Below, piece by piece: positions 12,580 to 26,311 of a stretch of 64,000 nucleotides of DNA (position 1 is its first letter; each line of letters starts with the position of its first letter). The stretch spans positions 92,070,001 through 92,134,000 of the forward strand of contig NC_043001.1 in the NCBI RefSeq assembly GCF_006345805.1, in the 5' to 3' direction. The notes under the pieces are model-generated. The model did not search any database and was not told where the DNA came from. It worked only from the letters and a program-made list of their open reading frames with translations. A program made the translations under genes and the position numbers. The DNA is from Octopus sinensis. Lineage: Eukaryota.

Positions 12580-12809
12580 CAACGATGATGATGATAATAA
12601 TTTCAAATTTTGGCATAAGGCGAACAATTTCAGGGAAGAGGACTATCGTTTACATCGACCCCCAGTGCTCAACATTGGTTCTTATTTTATTGGTCCCGAA
12701 AGGATGAATGACTAACTACTCTGATTGCGAAAGGCAACAACGCCCTCAGCAAAATTCTACCACTCATTCAAGTCATGCTTAAATCTCACACCTACTATTC
12801 GGCATTTTT

Positions 12810-13400
12810 TTAAACGAGGAAAGTACTTCCTTTTCCATACTTACCTTCCTCTTCAAGTGGTACTGGAACAACTGATGATGAGATCTTAGTTAGAAAGGAA
12901 ATGTACTCAAACCGCTTAATCTCATCATCTAGTCCAGTATTTATGTGCTAACCACTACATAGGGAAAACCCGAAAAAAGTATTTATCTTGCCTGAATAAA
13001 AGACGATGGCGAAACAATGTGGGTCCGTTCTGGATGCGAAAGCATTCCACAAGTCAATGAAGACTTGGCACCGAACACGTGCCTGAAGAATAAGTTCATC
13101 TCCCTCAGTGAACATATTGGGAAGATTCGGATGGTAGCACCACTACATCTGTAGAATTTATCCCTATACGGTTTTACCTCTCCCCTGTAGAACTAGTTAA
13201 GATTTAGTTAAGTCATTCAAAATCATCATATTAAAAAGAAAACCTTCGAGAAATTACCGTTAAGTTGAACTTGTTTCATATCCAGTGTATCCTTCGGAGT
13301 GGGATTTTGCCCCTGAAGTGCCTTCTACTTTAAGCTTTCTGCGGACGGGTAGAAAACTAGACTTATGACAAACCTGAAAATGCAGAGACCAAACCTTGGT
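12810..13400 (-). mobile_element. L1/Tx1-clade LINE ORF2 C-terminal remnant
   Basis: Minus-strand QLFQYHLKRKVSMEKEVLSSFKK (~12805-12875) resembles the C-terminal motif at 130-240 and 40950-41070. Confidence 0.6.
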
Positions 13401-13495
13401 CAATGACGATTGACTGGTTTTCATCTCATCAAAAGACAAGTTGCCAAAAGTCGTGATTGGTCACTATAGAGGAATCTCTGCACATATGGCAGAGA

Positions 13496-13538
<43 letters not shown>

Positions 13539-13890
13539 AGAGAGAGAAAGAGAGAGGGAGAGAGAGAGAAAGAGAGAGAGGGGGAGAAACACAGACAGAG
13601 AGATTCAGATAAACAGACAGAGACAGACATACAGGTAGACTGTCAGGCAGACAGAGAATGACCTTCAGAGAAACACATACATACATTATATTTACGGAAA
13701 CGCACGCATGCCTGTCAAACATCATAAGTGCTCGAAGAATGTTTGGTCGCAGATGGATGTTCTGATCAGTGAAAATCGCCAGTGAAAATGCCGCTAAATA
13801 ATAGTTTAACCGTCGTGCTAACGATTCTGCCAGCTCGCAGTCCTGAAATTCAATATATACTACTTGTCTATGTATCTGTCTAGCTGGCAG

Positions 13891-14001
<111 letters not shown>

Positions 14002-14062
14002 GTCTATCAGACTGTCTGGCTGTCTGTTTGTCTGTCTGTCTGTCTGTATGTATGTATGCATG

Positions 14063-14091
<29 letters not shown>

Positions 14092-14093
<2 letters not shown>

Positions 14094-14340
14094 GGGCGCA
14101 TGGCCTAGTTGTTAGGGTGTTGCGCTCGTGATCACGAGATCGTGGGTTCAGTTCCTGGACCGGGTGATACGCTGGATTCTTGAGAAAAAACACTTCATCC
14201 CACGTTGTTTTGCGATCACTTTCACAATTAACGTGTGGTACACCACGCACCTGTTCTGTCAACGCCGATTTGATAGAGGGAGTGAGCTAACAATATGCAG
14301 CACATGCATTTGATCACTATGAACAAATCATTTGTGAAGA
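14092..14340 (+). mobile_element. Diverged tRNA-derived SINE
   Basis: gggcgcatggcctagttgttagggtg..gggttcagttcc (A/B-box-like), then a ttcttgagaaaaaacactt core. Confidence 0.6.
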
Positions 14341-14641
14341 GAGTTCAGCAAGAGATTGTAGAATTGTACCTAATAACATTTAGTAGTATAGAACAAGTTG
14401 TAATAAAAAAAAACAAACATGAAAACATTTATGGAAGGTGTGGTTCTGTACATAGCGTAAAATTTGTTGCTAATATTGATTTGAGTTGAACATTAAGTTT
14501 CGCATATGAGAGCAGATTCAACAATTCTCTTTGGATAAGGTTTTAAAAGTGAAATTTAAAGACACATTTAAATCAGTATATGCATACATACATACATACA
14601 TACATACATACATACATACATACATACATACACACACACAT

Positions 14642-15065
14642 GATGATGATGGCTGCGCCCTCGTTATCGAGTATGGCCATTGCACGAAGCTTAACTGTTA
14701 TTGGTGCTGTGATCGAACGTGACTTTTATTTGCTTTTTAAGGCTACAGCCAGCCATTCAGTTGAGACTCACAGCACCATCAACAATCATGAACAATGTTG
14801 TTATCGTGCAATGCCTGTGCAAGAAGATTTTTTTTAAAGTGGGGAAAGGCTGTGCACTGAGTCAATCCCACTCACTAAGCAACAGCAGCCATAATCCGAA
14901 AAGAAGAACAAGTCAACATCATCGGTAACCACTGAGCCGCAGATTTTATGTCGGAGTTATCCCAGTTACCTGAGTTACCTTCTCCTAGAAGTATGCCCTA
15001 ACAAAGGCTAGGAGTCCTTCACTCCCAATGGTTTAACCGTGCGATCGGATATTCAGTCCGATTAT
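14642..15065 (-). mobile_element. Non-autonomous RTE-derived element (5' UTR joined to 3' tail)
   Basis: RTE-5'UTR-like ccttctcctagaagtatgccctaacaaaggctagg at one end; tail ..ctcgataacgagggcgcagcc(ATC)n on the minus strand; no ORF between. Confidence 0.5.
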
Positions 15066-15364
15066 TTCTAACATACATACATACATACATACATACATAC
15101 ATACATACATACATACATACATACATACATACATACATACTTGCACACTCATATATGCACAGAGAGATACAGAGACAGACGAGCAGAGCAGGACATATAG
15201 AAGAAATTACTTGCCTTATGATACACAGATATATAAAATCATCCTCTATGGAGGCAAAACCGAATCGATTAAATTACTATACTTTCGGATATGCATTGAG
15301 TACTTTCTTATTCCATTCATAGTAGAATAAACATCTCTCTCTTTCTCGCTCCCTATATATATAT

Positions 15365-15527
15365 ACAATGGGTTTCTTTCACTTTCTGCCGACCCAAAAC
15401 ATTCACAAGGCTTTGATCAATCCGAGGCTATGGTGGAAGACACTTGCCCTAGGTGCCACGCAGTAGAACTGAACTCGGAACCATGTAGTTGGGAACAAGC
15501 TTCTTACCACACACCCACACCGGCGCT
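15365..15527 (-). mobile_element. CORE-like SINE head fragment
   Basis: Reverse complement of gtggtaagaagcttg..cactgcgtggcacctagggcaagtgtctt. Confidence 0.75.
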
Positions 15528-15537
15528 TATATATATA

Positions 15538-15622
<85 letters not shown>

Positions 15623-16006
15623 ACAAGAACAACGTAATGTAATAGGTGCGTACCATGCGTGCTCAGTTTACTACTAAAACTCCGGCTTGAACTGCAACTA
15701 AAAATTGTGATTTTGGGGTTGCTTATCAAAGGCAGCTAAAAGTGGCTTCTCCTTGAGCGGGTCGATATAGATTAAAGTGAAAAATGAAACATGATAACAG
15801 AGAAAATATTTGTATATATACAAAAATGGTGAAACATCGATGTCCACTCCTAGATGGGATCGAAGGTGAGTTTTCTCACCTGTCCACGTCACTATGGTGT
15901 TTTTACACCTGGCGCTTAGAGAGTACCCTCCTTCACGCCGTAGCAGCCTACCGGCAAATACTTAGGCTGTATCCGTTAAATTTATGTGGCTGATAATGCT
16001 TATAAT

Positions 16007-16863
16007 CGAGGGAGTACCCAAAAGAAACAAGAATTTTGCAATATTATTTTATTCACTTAGTTTTACATGTTTACACTTTTATCGCTTCCAAAGTATTCTC
16101 TATTTAAAGCAATGCATCGGTCCAGACGTGTCTCCACTGTTCAAAGCAGTGCTGGAACTCTTGCGAAGTGATGCCTTTTAACGTCTCCGCCATGTTTTTC
16201 TTCACCTCTTCCACATCTGCAAATTCCGTAGCACCAGCTTTCGTCATTAGTGATGACCTTCGACAAAAGGTCCGGATCAACTTCCAACTGTCCTTTCAGT
16301 TCACAACACGCATTCAGTCGTGACTGCTTTGATCTTCCGTGAGCAAGCGAAGCAGAAATTTTGCTGCAACTCATTTCATTCGCAATTCCTCGCTCGTTGG
16401 CAGGTGCTCCAGTTCACCAGTCATATCAACAAGTTCGTCATTTGTTCGGCGACTGTTCTCCAAGATCACTTCCTGAATTTTCATAATGTTTGACGGTTGC
16501 CCTAGGCGAAGTTGTTCCTCAAGCGTAAATTAACTATTCCTAAATCGTGGAATCCACTCGTAAACTTGGTAAACTTGTGTTCTGCTCATGGCAGCGGCAT
16601 TGTAAGCTGTTTGAGGCATAACAGCTGTTTCGGTCACCGTCTTCCACGCTGTTCTTTGGTTTCAGCCATCACATACATCGACGAAGAGAGTAAAAGCAGT
16701 GCAAAACAAAGACGCACCGCGTGGCAGTACGGCTCTAGAAGACAGCACCGGTCGGCAGACTGATGCCTAAGGGTCGCACCAAGTGGTTTCCAGCGGTGGA
16801 AACCTGGACTACAAAGGGCTTATCCGACAGAGAACGTTTCCGGTTACTTTGGGTACCCTCTCG
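16007..16863 (-). mobile_element. Internally deleted mariner (DD34D-type) element
   Basis: TIRs cgagggagtacccaaaagaaac / gttactttgggtaccctctcg-TA. Peptide DPDLLSKVITNDESWCYG (16141-16374) covers the first catalytic D motif. Confidence 0.8.
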
Positions 16864-17152
16864 TACACACACACGGACACACATACACATACACACACAC
16901 GAATAGATATACTTTTATACGAGGTGCGGCAAGAAGGCAACTCAAGTTCATTGTTCTTTTGATAAACGCTTCAACAAAAGATAAACCTACTACAATGGTT
17001 CAAACCACGATGTCAACTGAGAAACCACGATAAGATTATTAACCACCTGGAAATACCACTACTGTCTAACTTCACGAGCACCGCACCAACGGCCTTGTAA
17101 CATGGGGAAGGTGTTTCTGTTGCACACTACATACACACATCATATACATACC

Positions 17153-17204
<52 letters not shown>

Positions 17205-17263
17205 CATACTATATAACATATATATATATATATATATATATAACATATACACACACACCTACC

Positions 17264-17335
<72 letters not shown>

Positions 17336-17568
17336 GGGAATATTATTCCAAACTTACAGAGAAAAATTCTATTTATTAATACTAAATCAAATTTCATAAT
17401 ATGATACATGCATATAAATTAGAGAAGAACCACCTTTTATCAATTCAACAATGAAAAATGAACAATGATATAATAAAATTATACCACATAGAAAAAAAAT
17501 TAGGTATACAATAAAAACATATACCAATAATTAAGTATAAAATAAAAAAATAAAAAATATATAATTGG

Positions 17569-17930
<362 letters not shown>

Positions 17931-17938
17931 AGAAAAGC

Positions 17939-18788
17939 AAATGTCGCCATTCTATATTTCTAATTTCGCGCATGCGCATTGTATCTTTTATTTTGCCGAT
18001 TACACAGTATAGTAGGGTCAGTCGGGCACCCTCTGTTAGAAAAACAGCACTATGACGTAATTCACTCTTGCCAGAAATTTGGAAACGACATGCTGTACTG
18101 CTTGACATTCGTGCCGGTAACTCCAATATAAGCGCTTCAGAGTGTTTGGGTGTCAATCTGAGGACAGTACAATCTGAGAGCATGTACCGATTGTGATAAA
18201 AATCAAACAACCAGTCAAAATCATGGTGTTTGGAGTGATCGCTGGTGATGGCGACGTTATACTTCCATTCATCTTCCCATACGGCCTCGGACTCAACACG
18301 GATGCCTACATCAAGTGTCTGGAGGAGGCAGTGCTGCCCTCGATCAAGAGGAAGACCCTATGTCTGGCAACAGGGCTCTGCACCATGCCACACAGGCAGG
18401 AGAACCCAGTCATGGTTGTCACACAATTTCTGCAACCACACCACTCCTAACATCTGGCCACGTAACTCTCCAGACTGCAACCCATTTAATAATTATGTGT
18501 GAGGCGCAGTTAAGCCTAACTCTTTGTAACACCAAAGATGAACTGAAGGCAAGGATTATGACAACATTCACCAACTTAAACAAGGAGACAGTCCAGAAGA
18601 GTTGCAGGTGATTCTGAAGTCGTCTTGAGGCTGTGGTTGAAACCAATGGCGATGCTATTGAATAAATCTACTCTTTACTATTTCAAGATTTTTTTATGTA
18701 AGTTTGGTAAATATATGTGTTAAAATGAGATGTGAGTGTTATTTTCATCTTTCCGTAATTTGAACGACAGTTCATTCACTGCACCATA
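17939..18788 (+). mobile_element. Degraded maT (DD37D-like) transposon
   Basis: MVFGVIAGDGDVILPFIFPYGLGLNTDAYIKCLEE (18193 ORF) and GRPYVWQQGSAPCHTGRRTQSWLSHNF..IWPRNSPDCNP (18245 ORF). Confidence 0.85.
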
Positions 18789-18946
18789 CATATATATATA
18801 TATATATTCTTTTTGTTTTCTTTTAAGTTTTAGTTCATACATACACATATATCTGCATTTACTTATATATATATAATAAATGTACATACATACATATATA
18901 TATATATGCATGCACAAATACACTCGCGTGCGCACACATACATGCA

Positions 18947-18992
<46 letters not shown>

Positions 18993-19582
18993 TTTATCAA
19001 TAACATGAAACCTACAGGAAATTACATTTAATTCGTTTAATCACACATACAAAAAAAAAAAAATAGAAAAAGAAGGGTAAATAGGATTAAAAATCTGAAT
19101 TACTGAATCATGAAACCGTGTAAAGTAAACTGCAGCAGTAAATAAATAACAAATAAATAGATAAAAATATGAATAAAAAATAAAGTTTGTAAATAAATGA
19201 AAAACAAGCTGCAAGTTTCGAACTAAATAACTTTACACTTAAATATCATTGAAGCATAAATTCCAACATAACTTTAGTTTTTCTTGAAAAGATTTACATA
19301 GACTCATATTTATCCGCGAATTCTTGATTTCGACTTGCATTTTTATTTATTCTCGTGCATTCACTACATTACGTCTCATTTACGAGGTTTCAATACATAA
19401 AGTTAATATTATCATTGTGCTTTGTTATTGAAGATCTTCTTTTCTGTTGATTATTAAGATTTTCTTTTAAAGAGTACTCGATGTACCACCTGTTAACGGG
19501 TCAAACTTTATGTGAATGCTCTTACTGCTTTATTACCCATCAGCGATCTTATACACTCCTTAACAGTCACGGCGTGTGGGTG

Positions 19583-19665
<83 letters not shown>

Positions 19666-19856
19666 AGCACACACACACACACATACACACAATGATCTTT
19701 CTTTGAATCGTCCTAAATCTGTACACGCGCATTTATAGACACACATGCTTATATACATATAAACACACGTACATTAGGTTGGAAAGAAAGTCCTGTCGCA
19801 TTTCAAGATGGAAGAAACTCTTTCTAAAACGGTAAAATCGACACGAACTGGATCAC

Positions 19857-20315
19857 TGCCAGAAACGTTAGCGTGCCGGACGAAATGCTGAGCGGTATTT
19901 CGTCTGCCTCTACGTTCTGAGTTCAAATTCCGCCGAGGTCGACTTTGCCTTTCATCCTTTCGGGGTCGATAAATTAAGTACCAGTTACGCACTGGGGTCG
20001 ATGTAATCGACTTAATACCTATGTCTGTCCTTGTTTGTCCCCTCTATGTTTAGCCCCTTGTGGGTAATAAAGAAATAGGTATAAAAGGCGGCGAGCTGAC
20101 AGAAACGTTAGCACGCCGGGCGAAATGTGCAGCCGTATTTCGTTTGCCGTTACGTTCTCAGTTCAAATTCCGCCGAGGTCGACTTTGCTTTCATCCTTTC
20201 GGGGTCGATAAATTAAGTACCAGTTACGCACTGGGGTCGATGTAATCGACTTAATCCGTTTATCTGTCCTTGTTTTTTCCCTCTGTGTTTAGCCCCTTGT
20301 GTGCAATAAAGAAAG
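19857..20315 (+). mobile_element. Two head-to-tail Nin/Deu-core SINEs, probably inside a mariner-like MITE (~19772-20445)
   Basis: The second full head aaggcggcgagctg at ~20084 is bounded by near-duplicated aaagaaa(t/g)aggtataaa. Outer TIR-like ttaggttggaaagaaagtcctgtcgca / tgtgacaggatttc. Confidence 0.8.
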
Positions 20316-20611
20316 AGGTATAAAGTAGTCGGTACAGAAAGTAAAAACATATCCCATTAGAATGTAAAGATTAATGTTTATTGAAACGTAAGAATTGAAA
20401 AAAGTACCTTCCAAGTGGTCATGACAAAACTGTGACAGGATTTCAGACGCAGACATGGCTGTGTAGTAAGATGCTTGCTTCCTAGCCACATGGTTCCGCG
20501 TTCAGTCTCACTGCGTGTCACCCTGGCCAAGTGTCTTCTACTATAGCCTCGGGCCGACCAAAGCCTTGGGAGTGGATTTGGTAGACAGAAACTGAAAGAA
20601 GCTCGTCGCAT

Positions 20612-20671
<60 letters not shown>

Positions 20672-20673
<2 letters not shown>

Positions 20674-20918
20674 GTGACAATTATTCGGTAGCCATGATAA
20701 AACACCGAGTTTCGGATGTCGGGGCGGAAACCCACGCCGCTATCTCTTCAGTTATCAGGCCATGGAAAAAAAATGCTCGTGGGTTTCCGCCCCGACATTC
20801 GAAACTCGGAGTTTTATCATGGCTACCGAATAATTGTCACATTATATTTACAGATAAATCCCTCTATTTACATAATATCGAGGTCTCTTTCATTCTTTTG
20901 TTGTCTTACCATTTCTAT

Positions 20919-20920
<2 letters not shown>
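20672..20920. mobile_element. Penelope-like pLTR fragment with inverted partial duplication and hammerhead
   Basis: Arms 20672-20736 and 20778-20842 are near-perfect inverted repeats (~65 bp). Hammerhead on the minus strand at 20696-20756; inserted in (TA)n. Confidence 0.75.
20696..20756 (-). ncRNA. Hammerhead ribozyme motif with intact catalytic core
   Basis: gataa-CTGAAGA-G..ggcg(tgggtttc)cgcc..C-GAAA-ctcggtg-TT-ttatc; 5-bp stem I gataa/ttatc. Confidence 0.7.
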
Positions 20921-20953
<33 letters not shown>

Positions 20954-21190
20954 TGTGTATGTATGTATGTATGTATTTGTGTGTCTTTGTTTTCCCACCT
21001 GCGCTTGACAGCCGATTTTGGTGTGTTTACGTCCCCGTAATCTAGCGGTTCGGCAAAAGAGAACAATAGAATAAGTACTACGCTTACAAGCAATAAGTCC
21101 TGAGGTCGATTTGTTCGACTAAAAGCGGTGCACCAATATGGCCGCAGTTACTGAAACAAGTGAAATAATAAAAGAAGAAAAGAAGAAAGA

Positions 21191-21254
<64 letters not shown>

Positions 21255-21299
21255 GGAAGGGTTTAGGGTACTGATGATCTAAATCAATAGATACGCTGC

Positions 21300-21478
21300 G
21301 TTTCCACACATTATAAGAATGATCTTATTTCCATGAGTGGTTTACTTCACTATTCTCGGATTTCTACTCATTTTTCAAATTATTTTGCGAATTAAAAAAA
21401 TATAAAAAATGAAATCCCTTAAGATCCGAGTTCACAACGGAGGCTGGAGCCAGGGCGGACAAGATGAACTATGAACTT

Positions 21479-21574
<96 letters not shown>

Positions 21575-22019
21575 GGCCTGCTTGCTTTGCTAGCGGGATG
21601 GCGTCATTCGAAAGCTGAAAGGAGGCAAAGCTCATTGTGACCAGACGAATACTGCTTTGTAAATGAAAAATTTTATTATGTTCATGGAATCCCATTTAAT
21701 ATCTTCATTTGTGTTCCTTATAGCAAAACCAAAACTATTAAGTATTCTGGAGTGCTGATATGAAACAGTTCAGAATTACCATGGCTAAGTAGGTAGAGAT
21801 CTAGTATCATAAAAGATGGGGCAATGTTTAATATCATTTGTTCATCTCTAAGTGCATTGCAATTCCAATACTTGAATATGTGGGTCTCTTCTGGCCACTA
21901 CAGTTTCCACACATTATAAGAATGATCTTATTTCCATGAGTGGTTTACTTCACTATTCTCGGATTTCTACTCATTTTTCAAATTATTTTGCGAATTAAAA
22001 AAATATAAAAAATGAAATC
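21300..22019 (+). repeat. 117-bp identical direct repeat (21300-21416 and 21903-22019)
   Basis: Base-by-base identical gtttccacacattataag...aaaaatgaaatc, 603 bp apart. Confidence 0.95.
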
Positions 22020-24193
22020 TATTATAGTTTTAAATGAAATGAAACTCTTTTCCCATTTACTTAAATGTCGTATTCTTAATTTACTTGAAGTAGATATGTA
22101 TCATTTATACAGTTAAATTACGAAGTGTACAGTTAATAATGGGTGCGTATCTGTTTCACAATGCATTAAACAACGGACTGCTATGAACGTATTGGATATC
22201 AATGTCCTTTTATATATGGAAGATAACATTTCGAATTCACTTTCATTAAGGAAAATTTCTCGTTAAGAACAATTCATAGTTTTCTGCCTGGACAATGCAA
22301 AGTAGTATTCTACTAGTTGCTATGTAAACAAATAATTTCTAATTCTTACAGCCTTAGAAGAATATTGTTCATGGCGAAGTTATTTTGATAACAAATTTTA
22401 GTAAAACCATGGGCGTTATTTCACCATTTGGTTTTAATGGTTAGTTCAAATTTTATGTCGAATATTTTTGTCTTCTATAAAGCTGGGGTAGATAAATTTA
22501 CAACTTGTCTTACTTGTTTTTTAAATTTTAAGCATTCTAGATAATTGTTTTAATACCTCCAGATTTGTTAATACAAATTGAATGTATTATTCAATATTTT
22601 AGGAGGTTAACAATTGATTAGAACTGAAGTTTTTTCTGCTTCGGAAGAGGTACCCTAGCCTTTCAGTTGCAGTTCATGTTACATTTATGAAGTCACCATG
22701 ACGCTTATCAGTGCGTGGTCAAGCATTTTTAACACCCTTGAGGGTTTAGCTGTGAACTGATCGTGTTTGAGTAGCATATTGTGCATAACAGTTTCTTTGA
22801 TATGTGCTGCAGTTCTGAATTCGCGTTGTATAAAATGCCTCATTTGAAATATTATATATTATCTGTTGATATTATTTAGAGGGACATTAAAATAAGTGAA
22901 GGGCATTAATATCTGCATTAGAAGGTGCGGCTAAAAGTTACAGTGATTGGGTACTTAAAGTACAGAAGAAAATTCTAATGGAAAAATATCTATCTTTGGG
23001 GCAGGCCCTAGAGTACGAGTTAAAGATAGCATCGGCGATGAATGCTGCGATTAAATGATCTCAGGGGAAATTTCTGAACCAAGAGAGGAGAACTTGGACA
23101 TGGTCAGTAGGTTTAAAAAGACAGTTAAAGTTTACCGAATGCCAAGAACATCACTGCTTTTACTGCTTGATTACTTTGGCCCTAAAAATCTGTATTAATC
23201 TTGATTAATTTTGCCCTTAAAAAGAGGTAAAAGTTTACAATTTGTGGCGATTGTTTCCATTCTCTTCGAAATGTTTAAAGTGAGGGAAATAGTGAAGTAA
23301 TTTGAGGTATCAGAGAAGTTTTTCCTTTAGAGAAAGAGATACACAATTCTGTGTGTCTATAGATGGATAACATGCCTCTATAGAAAGGGGAAAAAGCAAG
23401 TAGGGAAAATAAATGTAGCATAAAGCGTCCAGTTCAGGGGTAATTAAAGAAACAATGTCAGAAATTACCTTTTGGATCATACATATTGCTTTGATTTGAC
23501 ATGTTGAATGAAGAACAATTTGGGAAGAGTTTTGTGTGTGAGCGTGTGTGTATATGTGTATGAGTGTGTGTGCATGTTTGTGTGAATGTATGTGTGTGAG
23601 TATGTCTGTGCAAATGTATGTCTGAGTGTGCATGTGTGTATGCGTGTGTGTGTGTGTGTGCATGTGTGTGTGCGCGCGTGTGTGTGTGTGTTTCTGTGTT
23701 TGTGTACAAGTGGGAAGTGTAGCTTTATCGGTAGGAAACCTACTTACAGAGCTATCTTTGTTAAAGTGTAGTGCGTAGGAGGATTCAACAAAGTTTCTAC
23801 ATTAGGGTTCTGTGATCACAGTAAACATTCTAGAATTACTTTCTTGAATTTTAGGCCGGCGGCTGATTGTTTTTAAAAGAGACCAGCGTAAAAAAGAGAA
23901 CTTTATTCTGAAGAAACAAGCTCAAATTGACATATTTTAAACGAAATATACTCTTGGTTGCTTGCACAAATGCATTTTATAAGTTTCATATTTTTCGCAA
24001 GCGCTTTAAGAGACGTTACTGATGTCATATGGCTTTCAACTTGGAAATGAATTTGTGTTAATAGAAATAGCGTATATTTTTTTCGTTTTAGTTAGATACT
24101 AATTACCAAACGTATTAGGAAAGGAAAATGGGATATTGTAACATTGATGTTTTCCAAGAGTATTTAGTGGTACAGAGGGAAGCTGATTTATTT

Positions 24194-24250
<57 letters not shown>

Positions 24251-24399
24251 ATGGCTGTAATAGTTTAAGTCGGCTCGATTTCAGTTCCATGCCACATCAT
24301 TGACTTCTTTTCCCTGTCCATTGACACATTAGCTCTCTCTCTCTTTTGCTGGCTCATTTTCTATAGCCAGTTTAATGCATACAAGCAGAAACACACACA

Positions 24400-24444
<45 letters not shown>

Positions 24445-25243
24445 GCACAGTTTTTATTTATTTATTTATAGGGAACAGCTTTACTTTTTGAAAATGATAT
24501 TTTAAAAACACGACAATGTTTCCAATTTAATATTTTTCATTTGTTTTTCCTTTCTTTTCTCTTCAGACCCTCGTAATTCGTTTGGAATAATGCAAACCTC
24601 ATTTTCATCAAACCTTCTTACCTATTTCAGCCCCGACTTTCGGATAATGATTGATGTTAGCTTCTGCACTTTTCATTAGTATTTTTTTTTTCGTATCTTC
24701 ATATGAGACTCTTGTTTGGAATAATGCAACTTATTTTCATCAAAGCTTCTTATCTATCTCAGCCTTATCTTCAGGATAATGATGGATATTTTTTTAATAC
24801 AGCCAGGATATTGTATATAGTATTTTACAGTCAAAAGTTGAACGTTAGTTCCCTGTTATCGGGTTCATATTTTCACCGTGACCGTTACGCTTCGTATGAG
24901 AGGTGCTTATCTTGTTTTTGTGTGTACGTATGTTGTTTGTGAGTTAATTGTAGCCTTGTGTTGTGATATAAGCATTGCTTCAAATAATAAACCATCTATC
25001 TTTGTTAGAAATTCATAACTACAATATGTCAGTGGTAAAAATCACTATTTAGCAGAGTGTTTAGATTCTCTTCCGCAAATAAAACACTAAACAAATCAAC
25101 AGAACGAAACAATTGCTAATTAACAACGGATATTCAAATAGACAAGTAGACAAAGCCACGGGTAAAGAGCAATCTGAAGCAGCAAAAACATTCAACGGTA
25201 CTCTTACTAAAGAAACACATATTAGAACACACTGAAGTAAATA

Positions 25244-25805
25244 TTGGGTTGTCCGGAAACTTCGTGCCGATTTATAGTAGCTTACCTTTCGACTTATGAA
25301 CATGGTTGAGTTCATAAAATAGGATTTGACTACACCTCCATTTAGAGAACAGTTTAAGCTATCTTTTCGTGGAAGAATGTTTATGTTCCTATAACCTGTG
25401 TTAATTCTGTAACCCTTTAAAATGGAAGATAACAAAGTTCATTTTCGGCACTTGATGCTTTGGGAACCAGACAAAAATTGCTGCAGCTCGGCTGGGATGT
25501 GTTACCCCACCCTCCATATTCACCAGATATTGCTCCTTCGGATTTCCACTTATTCAGGTCTCTGCAGAATAGTCTTAATGGTAAAAATATCAATTCTTTG
25601 GATGACCTAAAAAGATACCTTGATGAATTCTTTACCATGAAACCACCTCAATTCTGGGAAGAGGGTATTTTCAAGTTAAAGGAAAGATGGAGACGTATTG
25701 TGCAACAAAATGGTTCATATTTGGTTTGTTAAAAATGTAATGGCAAGCATTTATTGCCCTTTTCCTTTCCTTTAAAAATCGGCACGAACTTTCCGGACAA
25801 CCCAA
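25244..25805 (+). mobile_element. Mariner deletion derivative retaining the C-terminal catalytic part
   Basis: TIRs ttgggttgtccggaaacttcgtgccgattt / aaatcggcacgaactttccggacaacccaa with TA TSDs. MEDNKVHFRHLML is fused out of frame to RQKLLQLGWDVLPHPPYSPDIAPSDFHLFRSLQN. Confidence 0.95.
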
Positions 25806-26079
25806 TATATGACAGATGTAGAACAGACGGACATATAATATAAAAATCTCATAAAATGAAACACAAGAATGAATATCAACAAATCATAAACTGACACAGA
25901 TAATATAAATGATCCGAAGTTTCCTTATTACAAACACTTCACAAGTATGTAAACAAGCTACAAAACAACGAAATAATTCATAAATATAACGCTAAAAGTG
26001 GAAGTTGCAAACTTCGGAATTCTGACTGTTACATTGACCAGACAAGTACAACACTCGCGCATTTATAGAAAAGTACCGA

Positions 26080-26287
26080 TTTCAAATTTTGGCAGAATGC
26101 CAGCAACTTCGAGACAGGGGATAAGTCGATTACATCAACCCAAGGGTTCAACTGATTCTATTTCATCGACCCCAGAAGAATGAAAAGCAATGTTGACCTC
26201 GGCAGAATTTGAACTCAGAACGTAGACGGACGAAATGTCGCTAACAACTTTACCAGCGTACTAACGATTCTGCCAGCTTGCCGCCTT
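26080..26287 (-). mobile_element. Nin/Deu-core SINE (diverged)
   Basis: tcgaccccagaagaatgaaaagcaatgttgacctcggcagaatttgaactcagaacg..ctgccagcttgccgcctt. Confidence 0.8.
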
Positions 26288-26311
26288 GAGATAGAAAAAC
26301 GTTGACTGATA

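Larger units (their letters stand above)
20445..21175 (+). mobile_element. CORE-like SINE with internal microsatellite, hosting a PLE-type insertion
   Basis: Head gcagacatggctgtgtagtaag.., core caccctggccaagtgtctt, (TA)n, tail ggtgtgtttacgtccccgtaa..gccgcagttactgaaacaagt. Confidence 0.85.

Noticed and set aside
21300-22019. LTR pair of a tiny LTR element or TRIM
   Set aside because: No TG..CA termini, PBS, PPT or TSD; the interior is mostly microsatellite and a SINE tail fragment.
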